A stretch of DNA of 64,000 bases, filler included, from Octopus bimaculoides (lineage: Eukaryota), in NCBI RefSeq assembly GCF_001194135.2. It is 9 parts of 8 records of this genome, joined end to end, with 100 filler letters (N's around TTAATTAATTAA, not from the genome) between each part and the next. Parts side by side here need not be neighbours in the genome. Positions count along the whole stretch, not along the records: positions 50,449 to 55,487 come from NC_068984.1; positions 55,588 to 61,287 come from NC_068988.1; positions 61,388 to 62,863 come from NC_069006.1; positions 62,964 to 64,000 come from NC_068982.1; 5 more parts are not named here. One strand, written 5' to 3'. Each line of letters begins with the position of its first letter. The stretch's first letter is position 1. Made by a program: the position numbers and the translations under genes. This document shows positions 53,427 through 64,000 of this stretch, one piece after another. The notes below the pieces were generated by a model. It did not search any database. It saw nothing but the letters and a program-made list of their open reading frames with translations, and had not been told where the DNA came from.

Positions 53427-55211
53427 CAATCGAATGTAAAGCAGGTTTGCTTCTTGGAAATAATCTCTCTGTTCAGAAGATGATGTTTTTTTCAGTTTTA
53501 TTTCAATCGGCTTGTACTGACGATTTACAAAAACAAGTTCAGTGATTTGAGGGAATCTAGTAGAAAATTGAGATGGCGTTGACGATTATGGATGCCCCGT
53601 AGCAGCAGTTACAATGAAAGACGGGATTAGATTGTTCAGTATGAAAGATTCTGCAATATGTTTTCCTTTTGAAGACAGTAAATATATGAAAATTCGACAA
53701 CTAATTCTAATAGGCGAGTGACCTTGTGAAGAACGTTTGGGGATCGTTAACAAAACGTGCTCACAGCACTGATACAATGAAAATATAATTTCAATACAGG
53801 CCCAACTGCTCAAATATCAAATTACATCACAGTAAAGTAGAACAGGCTCAATTAGTTGGAGAAAGAATATATATAACACTAAAGCCAAGAAAGAAGCTTG
53901 CAGGCAGTCGCTCAGCCTGTTAAAAATAACAGCTAAACCAACGTCATTACATTTTGCCATCTTAAAAGGGAGAGGGTATATTGTACAATGTAGTCCTAGA
54001 TACCTACAAACAGATGGGACGGTCGCTGATGGAATGTCTTTGGTTGATCGAACACATATGACACTAAACATAATAGCATCACAACTGAACGCTTTATATC
54101 CTAAACAATCTTGATCAACGTATCTATACAGTGACCAAACTAATTGCATTAATGCCTCGCATGGAGTTTACCACACGTGTTGGGAATTCCATAAGAATTT
54201 CAGTTCTGTTTAGTTGTGGAGTGGACTTCGCCTCCACAATCTCCCCATGTTCTTCTAGAGTGCATAAGACTTACCGGACCTTGGTGAACCGGCATGTTTT
54301 TGACTCGAATTCCAGTTAACCTTTTACCCATATAATGAGAAATCATTATAAAAGGTCTGGAACGTGCAAATCCTTGTTGCCATTCTTCTGGCTTCTTGCT
54401 CGCTGTTGCATATAGCAGTACTGTCGCGTATTGTTTTCTTTGTATATATGTAACACTGAGGGCCACACATCTTGGAGGCATTTTTCTGTTTCTGCCGGAG
54501 TAGGAAACTTAAGTTTATTATCCTTGCGAGAAATGCATTTATACACAATGGTTTTTTCGTTCATAGTTTTTTGCCCCCTCACTAAAGGACATAACACATG
54601 GTTTTACCATATCATTTTAATACTGGGTGGGGTGGGGGTACGTTATCTTTCAGATCTTGGCTCCGAATGCGCGGTCCACTAGCTAACTGCCCTCGTGGGT
54701 TTTAATGTTGTTATTGTTACTGTTCCTGTTGCTGTTGTTTTCCACACAGTTTTTGTTGTTATTACTATTGTTACCATTGATAACTGCAATCTTGTTTTCG
54801 CTGTTGTTGTTCCCGTCGTTACTGTGGTTGTTGCTGATGCTGTTTATTGCTATAAAATAAAGAACTGTGAGCAAATGACGAGTAAGCAGTTCACTGTGAA
54901 CCGTTGGCAGAGAGCGTTTAACCTCGTGTAACAGTAATCGTAGAACGTCGTGTGAATACTTTCTTTCCCTCTATTTTGTTAAATTATATACCCACTACCA
55001 GAATATAAAACTGTTGATGTTATTGTTGTTTCTGCAACTGTTGTACACATTGTTGTTACTATTGTTGTTGTCACTGTCGTTGCTGCTACTTGTATGTTTG
55101 AAGGTGTTGCTGTCATCACAGCAATAAGACGAAATTCTATTGCTTCGTGTCGACAAGTTTATTTTAACTCCAACTTTCTTGCCATAGACGTAATTTTCTG
55201 TGTCCATGGAC

Positions 55212-55329
55212 ACTTAATTTATCGACCTCGAAAGGATGAAAGGTAAAGTCGACCTCGGCAGAATTTGAACTCAGAACGTAAAGACAGACAAAATACCGCG
55301 TTTCTGCCAGCTCGCCGCCTTTATAATAA

Positions 55330-55416
<87 letters not shown>

Positions 55417-55430
55417 TGATGATGATGATG

Positions 55431-55478
<48 letters not shown>
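55212..55478 (-). mobile_element. SINE E fragment abutting a long (AAT)n/(GAT)n tract
   Basis: GTCGACCTCGGCAGAATTTGAACTCAG..CTCGCCGCC then (AAT)n. Confidence 0.85.
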
Positions 55479-55479
<1 letters not shown>

Positions 55480-55882
55480 GGTTGACCNNNNNNNNNNNNN
55501 NNNNNNNNNNNNNNNNNNNNNNNNNNNNNNNTTAATTAATTAANNNNNNNNNNNNNNNNNNNNNNNNNNNNNNNNNNNNNNNNNNNNATCTTTTTAATTT
55601 GTTTACGGAAAACGTTTTGAATATGCAAATAAAGCTCCTGTTCCATTATTCCAGCCACAGTCTAATTAATGATGGTGACTGGTGAACTATCTTTTCGGGG
55701 TTGCATCGAGCTGCAGCGCCTGAAGAAAGGATCCCATGAAGGGGATCAACTCGATGCCCACGTATACTACGGAATACACTGTAATCACCCTAGGAATACG
55801 GATTGTGATTTTAAGGGACATGTAATTTGTGGAAGCCCGCGCAGCGATGTATTAAGTGTTTATAAGGATTATTGTTATTGTT

Positions 55883-55931
<49 letters not shown>

Positions 55932-56310
55932 GCGCATATATATAACATCAGCATACGCTCTAATGATGGGTTCACTCTGTGAATAGGTTAGTTGCTGTCA
56001 GTACTATTCTTATTAAGGAATAATTTGTTCTCTCCGAAATTTCGGAGTAATCCTTCAGATTAGTGCGAAGCTCTTTTTATTAGGGCTTAATATATAAAAG
56101 CAAGCATCAATATATGAATATACATGTATACACACGCACGCACACACATACATATATATGCTTATATGTATGTATTTCATTGTTCAGTTTTATTTCAGGA
56201 TTTCTTGCCAATAGAAAAAGAGCCAGTTTCTAACCGAGATCCAAGGCTCCTTCATTCGAATTTCAACATCAACTACAGAGTATTTTAGATTATATGTATG
56301 GATATATAAT

Positions 56311-56342
<32 letters not shown>

Positions 56343-56817
56343 TGTATGTATGTATGTATGTATGTATGTATGTATGCATAAATGTATGTATGTATGTATG
56401 TGTGTATAGCAGTTTTGTCTTAATATGTTTGCAACCTGACGACCTATATCTCCGTTTATTATTGTCTTTCACTATTTTAACTAAGCTAGAATCAGCAGTC
56501 ATTTCTGACTGCATTCTGCTTGACAGTCAACACATGAAACTCGAGTATTTTCTCTAAAGTTTAAATGAAAATAATGATATCCTTTATAAAGATATCCATT
56601 AACCTCATTGACTGCCCAGCTGTTGGGAAAATCGAACTGTCACCTTACCATCCAATATAATAAATTTTCTATGGGGTTTGTGGTGTTTAACATTGTTTTG
56701 AATATATACACTGTATATAGCATATTTATATGTATATATAAGATTGATATAATAATATATATATATAAATAATTTTTAATATATACATATCTATGCATAT
56801 ATACATGTATACATGTA

Positions 56818-56883
<66 letters not shown>

Positions 56884-57471
56884 TAGATATATGTTTATGC
56901 ATGTGTGTGATTGTGTGTATGTGTGTGCGCTCGATATATATTATAAATTCAGAATATATCTATGCACATATAATTAGTATAGACGCATACACCAACTGAC
57001 ATTCACACAAACACGAAGAAAAAGCAGACACAGATCCACATAGACGGGTATCACACATGTACGTTGTTTCTTTTCTATATTGGTTTGCCACTTTTAGACG
57101 AAAACTGCAGTCAATTTTGCAATAAGTAATTGACTGAGAGAGAGGGGGGAGTTGGAATGTTAGCTATCAACAGCAGCGAGAAACTACGAAAACTCCAGTT
57201 GAGTTATGTGAGGAGAAATAGAATTTAAGACAAAGTAACTTTGAATTACTAACAAGGTTTAGCGTCCGGTGATCTGGTAATAGAGTTCAGTCGATAATGA
57301 AATCAGCAAAACGAATCAGGGGGAAGAGTTGTTGTAGATGGAGAACAGTTGTACCGCTGTCATGTGTATGTGGAGGTGCTTTTTGTTTATGTATATGTGT
57401 GTGTGTGTGTGTGTGCGTGCGTGTGGATGTGTGTGTGTGTGCGTGAGAGAGACACACATAGAGAAAGTGAG

Positions 57472-57519
<48 letters not shown>

Positions 57520-57628
57520 AGATGTATGTGTATATGTGAAGGTGTATACGTACTATACGAACTTATTTTCGTTTGCATGTGAGATGTTATATGTGTGTGC
57601 GCATGTATACGGAAGTATATTTTGATGG

Positions 57629-57668
<40 letters not shown>

Positions 57669-58639
57669 ATATGGATACACGTACATACATATGTATGTTC
57701 ATAATATATAATATATATATACTAGTATACACACAAAGCATGCATACATACACATATATAAATATGCATATACATGTATACATAGGTATATATTTCTAAA
57801 TGTCTCTAGATGTGTATACATACATATGTGAGTGCGAATTTATGTGTGTGTATATGTGAATGTGTGTTTGTTTGTGTGTATGTGTGTGTTTGTGTTTGTG
57901 TGTGTGTGTGCGTGTGTGTGTTTGTATGATGTATATACATATCATATACAGCAAGGCCTAATTTAAAAGTGAAATAAATCTAAATATTAGAAAGCCGTAG
58001 CTGTGAGAGAGAATAATAAAAATGTGAACACTTTCTTTCTTTGCTGCAACGCCACCAACACCGAGCCCAGATCCATCATTTTTGTCCTTGTGCCTTGTTT
58101 TAGAAGTAATTGTCATTGCTTAATCCAGGCGAGCTCTGACGGAACCAAACAAAGGCGCTGGGGAACATTCTGCAACTATTTTCAGCAGGCTGGAAATATA
58201 AACTACATAGAAATTTCTTTGCTGATCGTTGTCCACCCCATCACCATTATGACAGCTATAATTGAGCAGACAGACCTATAAGCCAAAGAGAATCCAGCTT
58301 TGACAATATCGACTTCTTCCTTGCCCCCCCCCCACTCCCACGCTAGTCAATGTGTCCTCTATAAGTATGTCATGCGTACTATGACGAATAATTCGCTGCT
58401 GTTTTAAGAAACTCGTCTGACTTCGTTGGTTTCATTGAATCATTATTTTTTGCTTTCGTTGGAGGTTTTTGTCTTAGGCCGGTATTTTATTCTGAAGGCA
58501 TATTTCACTTTTTGCCCACAGAAACCACAATTACGCACTCACTTATTCTCCTTCTGATCAACTACGAAGTCCATACCTTTGCGGACGACCTGAATCGAAT
58601 GGTCTGGCAGTATTGTTTCGGAAATACCTGATTGGAGAG

Positions 58640-58693
<54 letters not shown>

Positions 58694-59559
58694 ACACACA
58701 CACACACACACACACGATCTTTCCTGATCCGAAGTACTTTGACGTCAACAACAGGAAGAACAACGATTGTGGCTTCATACTTGTTGCTGTTTGTTCCTCA
58801 ACATAATAGGCGGACTTCTTTAGACGCCAAGAGAGATGCTCATTTGTGATAGAGGGTGATTGGAATGGCATAATGGTTGCACACAGGGTTTGCGCGGAAG
58901 GAGCTGACAGGAAAGGTTTCGTAAAATCTTCGCAAGGCTGTTCAATTGCTTTCAACTTTCTGTTGCTTTGGAATTGAACAGGGAAACTGAACTCCCTTGT
59001 TCGAAAATATAGGGACGCAGTGCGTCGATAGCCAAGAGGAGACAATGTTTCCTGGGGCTAAGTAACAGTAACAGTCGTCCTAATGAGGGCTGCTACATTA
59101 TGTTGGCAAATAATCTTTACTCTAGAGTGTAGTGTTACTGAATGTTTCTCGTTCAGAGATTTAGAAATAATAATTTCTCTATTTCTGACAAGCATAGTCT
59201 TCATTCTATTAATATTCCATCTACTGCAATTAGTAGCAGACTGGAAGTTTTCCAAGTCGAGTGAACTGGGAACTCGTGTTGATGCTAACACTCTATCCAA
59301 ACAAGTGTGATGTAATAAACAACTTCAAGCGCATAAACTCTGCTCAACACAGTGAGCCTAGCAACATCCCCAATGTCAAGCCCTTAGCCTTGATTTGAGT
59401 TTGACCAAGGACTACTTCTCGGTCAACAAGATTGCATCGACGCAATGGTCCCAGAATATTTACACATACGTTAGCCTCAACTCGAACCTGCGCATCATCA
59501 GTAATACAAGCTGGGACCCTAATACAATGCCCTCTTTTGAGGTGGGGGACTTGGCCGTC

Positions 59560-59733
59560 GGAAAAATTGGTTTATATAATTTGTTTCGGTTCTGAGAGGA
59601 AATCCGACCACAACTTTGCTTTCCATACTTCGGGGAGGAATAAAATGAAATACAAATTCAATCTTAGGATATCGGTTTGGTCGACTTGTTCCTTTTCCCA
59701 AATTTTTCGGGCTTTGTGTTTATATTAGAAACA

Positions 59734-59785
<52 letters not shown>
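59560..59785 (+). mobile_element. Degenerate SINE E 3' part with (ATT)n tail
   Basis: CAACTTTGCTTTCCATACTTCGGGG..TTAGAAACA(ATT)n. Confidence 0.6.
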
Positions 59786-59786
<1 letters not shown>

Positions 59787-60034
59787 GACTTCATAACCCC
59801 GAACTTATCTTAGAAAACTGCACTTAAATCTTTACATAAATCTAAAAAAGAAAAAAAAATCACAATAAAACATTAAAAGACAAAAATAATATCGAAGAAA
59901 TTCTTTGCCCGAAAATTCTATAATCTATAAATCTCGTTGAGATGTAAATATTGTTGTAAACATCTCCTTCATGTTTCAAATATTATTCTAAGAGATTTCA
60001 AGATAACGAAAACATTATTCAACAATCTGATAAA

Positions 60035-60094
<60 letters not shown>

Positions 60095-61150
60095 NNNNNN
60101 NNNNTATTTATTTATTTATTTATTCTAATCATGTTGTTATTTACAAAATATTTTTACGTAATGTTTATTCTTTTACTTAAATTTTATTTTTGTAGCCATA
60201 TTGTTGATGTTCCTGTTGTAATTCTCTTTCTACTCCATTTTTCTCCTTATTCATTTATCATCATCATCATCATCATCATCATCTTCATCGTTATTGAAAT
60301 TTCATTATGAAAGTCCATACTTTAATAGAAGCTTTAAAAATATACATACATATGCAAGCTCTTAATGTTTGTGCTTCCATATGCGTATTTGCGAGTGTGT
60401 GTGCGTGCTTGTTATTGTATGTGCACACGTGTGTGACAGATAAATTCTATGTCAGTGTGCGTTAGTCCTAGTATGTGCGTGTGAAGGAAATGTATGTGCA
60501 TACATGCAAGCGTATACATAAGCATATTTGCATCCTCTTTGTCCTATCTCCACATTTCTCTCACACGTCTCTCTATTTCTCTCTCCATCTCTCTCTCTCT
60601 CTCTCTCACTCTCTCTCTCTCTATCTTTATATCTATCTACCTATCTATCTGTCTATCTCTGTCTGTGTGTGTCTCTCTCTCTAGCTCTCTCGCTTTCTTT
60701 TTTCAGTTTCCTTTCCTATCTCTGTTTGTCTCTCGTTATGTTTTTCCAGTGAACGAGCCAACCACACAAACGAAATACCAATTGAGATTCGGAAAAGTGG
60801 TTCGATTTTAATGATAATCTATTAAGAGAGAACATCTTCGACCATTATAGAATCCTTGCATTCTCAGTTCCATGCCGGATGTATCCAATAATATCATTCT
60901 AGCCTTGTCTTCTCATCAAAGTTCTCAAGTCACAACATACGTACACCTTCTTTTTAACGAATTCCAGTTCAAAGATTCAAGTGAGAGCAGCCGATGCATT
61001 CCCAAAAGAAAATCGAAACGTGCCAATCACTTGAAAGTTGCGACGAATGGAAATTCTTCGAGTAGAATTTACGAAATTTTATTAAAAAAAAAAAACACCG
61101 GCAAAAATAGTCAGAAATAATCATACAACGAGTGTATGTATGTACGTATG

Positions 61151-61181
<31 letters not shown>

Positions 61182-61188
61182 ATATGTG

Positions 61189-61220
<32 letters not shown>

Positions 61221-61387
61221 TGCGTGTATATATATATATATATATATATGCATGTATTATGTATGTGTATATATATATATATATATANNNNNNNNNNNNN
61301 NNNNNNNNNNNNNNNNNNNNNNNNNNNNNNNTTAATTAATTAANNNNNNNNNNNNNNNNNNNNNNNNNNNNNNNNNNNNNNNNNNNN

Positions 61388-61437
<50 letters not shown>

Positions 61438-61454
61438 AGAAAGCGACAGAGAGA

Positions 61455-61486
<32 letters not shown>

Positions 61487-61954
61487 AAGAGAAAGAGAGA
61501 AAGCGAGAGAAATAAATATAGAAAGAGAAAAAAGGCAGGAGAGACTAGAATGAATCAATATTAAACATAAGGCGGTTGATTGCGATATTCTTTAGCGTTT
61601 CGAGTAGAATACGTTGCAGATCTCTGCTTCCCGAATTCAAACCCCACCGATGCCAACATTTTCTTTAATCTCTTCTGATTCTAGGAGAAAATATATGTAC
61701 AGTGTTTGAATAGTGTTGTTACATTCTGGATAGTTTAAGTGCAGGAAGTCCGTGTTTACGTATATTTGTGTATCACTGTTTTGGTAGTGATTACACAGTC
61801 ACCTATAACAATCAGCGACACATATATATATTCTATATTTTTTTCAGCCATATGGCTGCGGTCTTGCTGGAGGACCACCGTTATTTTGTACCTCTACATA
61901 TTCTTCTTTGGCTGATTTCTTCAGGGTGGTAGGATTTGATATCACTAGTCCTGT

Positions 61955-62213
61955 CTGTGAGTTTTCATCGGTTGTCTGTCCACTTGGTGTATCACGTGGT
62001 TTGACACTACTCTCATCTGTACCTCAACCAGGGCGTTGTTTTTCATTCGAGTCGTATGAGAATGTCAAGTTCTTTTTTGAAGACATCCACGTCCATATTG
62101 TGTAGTTTTCTTAGTTTGGGGGCTGGGCATTGAAGAGCTGTGGTCCTTTCAACCCTAAGCTATTTATTTAGAAAGAGTGGAAGGTATTTTTGGTACAAAA
62201 CAATGAAGTCCTC
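61955..62213 (-). mobile_element. CR1/L2-like LINE 3' fragment
   Basis: GLHCFVPKIP..NSLGLKGPQLFNAQP/LRKLHNMDVDVFKKELD..EVQMR; the GPxLFNxLP..F K LD pattern is typical of CR1-type C-termini. Confidence 0.7.
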
Positions 62214-62334
62214 CATATATATATATAATTGCCGCGTGGAAGGTGTTTATAAGTCATTTAAAAACACAAAAAAACGTTAGATTCTCTTCAGCATTTAAAT
62301 TTAATTTGTCAAAATATTTTCGTCGCTTTGAAAC

Positions 62335-62455
62335 CACATGGTCATGGCTTCATGCGTGGCGTCTTGGGTAAGTGTCTTTCAGTATAGCCAAGGGCCGGTT
62401 AAAGCCTTGTGAATGAATTTGGTTGCCGGAAACTAAAAGAAGCAGTCGTATATAC
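62335..62455 (+). mobile_element. SINE A, partial
   Basis: GCGTGGCGTCTTGGGTAAGTGTC..AAAGCCTTGTGAATG..GGAAACTAAAAGAAGC. Confidence 0.75.
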
Positions 62456-62963
62456 ACCTAGCTATACACACACACACTCACAAAGAAGGAAAGAGTGTGG
62501 TAGAAAGAGACCTAAATATGTACATTTATAAATAAGATAAAGCTTTCATCCATCATACATCCATTCATCTATCCATTCATGCATATATACATACATAAAT
62601 TCATACATACATAGATACATACATATATACATATATACTGCGTTAGCTAAACATGTGCATATGTATATAGATAGATAGGCAGATAGATATACATTTAAAG
62701 ATAATGGAAGATCACTATGTATCTATCTATATTTAGTTCTATATGCCATTTTATGCAGTTGCTTAAATAAATGTTGATACCATATATACATATATTTGTA
62801 TGTATATAAGTAAATAGGTGTGTCTGTCTTTGTGAGTATATATATATATATATATATATATATNNNNNNNNNNNNNNNNNNNNNNNNNNNNNNNNNNNNN
62901 NNNNNNNTTAATTAATTAANNNNNNNNNNNNNNNNNNNNNNNNNNNNNNNNNNNNNNNNNNNN

Positions 62964-63026
<63 letters not shown>

Positions 63027-63186
63027 CATACATATGTATATGTGTGTGTATAGATAGATTGATAGATAGATAGATAGATAGATGATGCAAGCATACATAC
63101 ATACATACATGCATGCATGCATACATACATACATACATACATACATACATGCATGTTTGGTGGTGTTTTTATCCTGTTGTTGAGTA

Positions 63187-63240
63187 CAGATGAAAGTTCT
63201 GATGATTGCATCGGAACAGGAAACTTCTAGTCTTTCACTG
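63187..63240 (+). ncRNA. Hammerhead-like motif with bulged stem I
   Basis: CAGATGAAA-gtt-CTGATGA-TTG(8)CAG-GAAA-CT(tct)A-GTC-TTTCACTG. Confidence 0.35.
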
Positions 63241-63458
63241 AGAGCCACCATATATAGAACAGTTCTTGAAATACATACATATATACACAAACGCACATGC
63301 ACACCATGCATATACACACGCAAAAGCATATACACACATAAAACGAATATATATTTCTATGCATATATTATATACACACAAACATTTACACACATATACA
63401 CATGGATAGATATAGGCGTATAGATAAAGAGATACATATATATATGACATCAGTAGAA

Positions 63459-63511
<53 letters not shown>

Positions 63512-63514
63512 GTA

Positions 63515-63560
<46 letters not shown>

Positions 63561-63718
63561 CTTCTGTATATACATCCATATACCTCTGTCACATTTAATA
63601 ATTGCAATAATCAAGATTGATTATCACATATGTCCAAAACAAACGTGGACAAAATGCAGATTTTTCTCACTCCACGCACACTAGTGCAAACACACAGATG
63701 CACCAGCGCGTGAACACA

Positions 63719-63796
<78 letters not shown>

Positions 63797-64000
63797 TACA
63801 TATATATACACACACACATACGCTTTGACACGAATACACGCAAACACGTACGAACATTACACTCGTGCATGTGTATTTAGAGAGTGAAATGAAAATGTTT
63901 TGCATCTATGGATCCGCTTGTGTGGGTGTTTTTGTGTAAATCTTGTGTTTGTATATATGTAGGTACACACACACACACATATGTAGATAGATATGCATAT

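Noticed and set aside
53560-54230. Mostly open plus frame overlapping a 110-aa minus ORF
   Set aside because: Contains internal stops, part of it (53900-54060) is a dispersed repeat family, and no domain is recognisable.
59486-59492. Minus-strand CTGATGA (also at 40749, 30098 and plus-strand 6563)
   Set aside because: No downstream GAAA or stems; 30098 lies within a SINE head.
9578-62919. Eight TTAATTAATTAA 12-mers at long spacing, superficially like a regular repeat or spacer array
   Set aside because: Each is flanked by N runs on both sides; this is an artificial six-frame-stop contig linker. The copy at 31909 is in natural AT-rich sequence and is probably chance.
9586-63905. Long ORFs in the track (poly-X, YIYI, VCVC, THTH, poly-E/K/S)
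   Set aside because: They are translations of N gaps and stop-free microsatellites.

Overview
Eukaryotic, AT-rich, repeat-saturated draft-assembly window with many N gaps and artificial TTAATTAATTAA linkers. I can support no host protein-coding gene, intact tRNA/rRNA, CRISPR array or prokaryotic feature; nearly all tracked ORFs are microsatellite or gap artefacts. The repeat style (several tRNA-headed SINE families, very dense microsatellites) suggests a cephalopod such as Octopus (inference, not verified). Content: five SINE-like families (my labels A-E), decayed LINE fragments (R4/Dong-like with restriction-like endonuclease, RTE, CR1-like), a DD41D Tc1/mariner fold-back element nested in an RTE fragment, piggyBac-like and hAT-like MITEs, and local tandem arrays. 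The most interesting signal is a set of minimal type I hammerhead-ribozyme motifs (best at 14522-14577 and 17163-17207), some inside fold-back elements, consistent with non-autonomous Penelope-like or retrozyme-like elements. Repeat boundaries were read by eye and are approximate unless a TSD is quoted.
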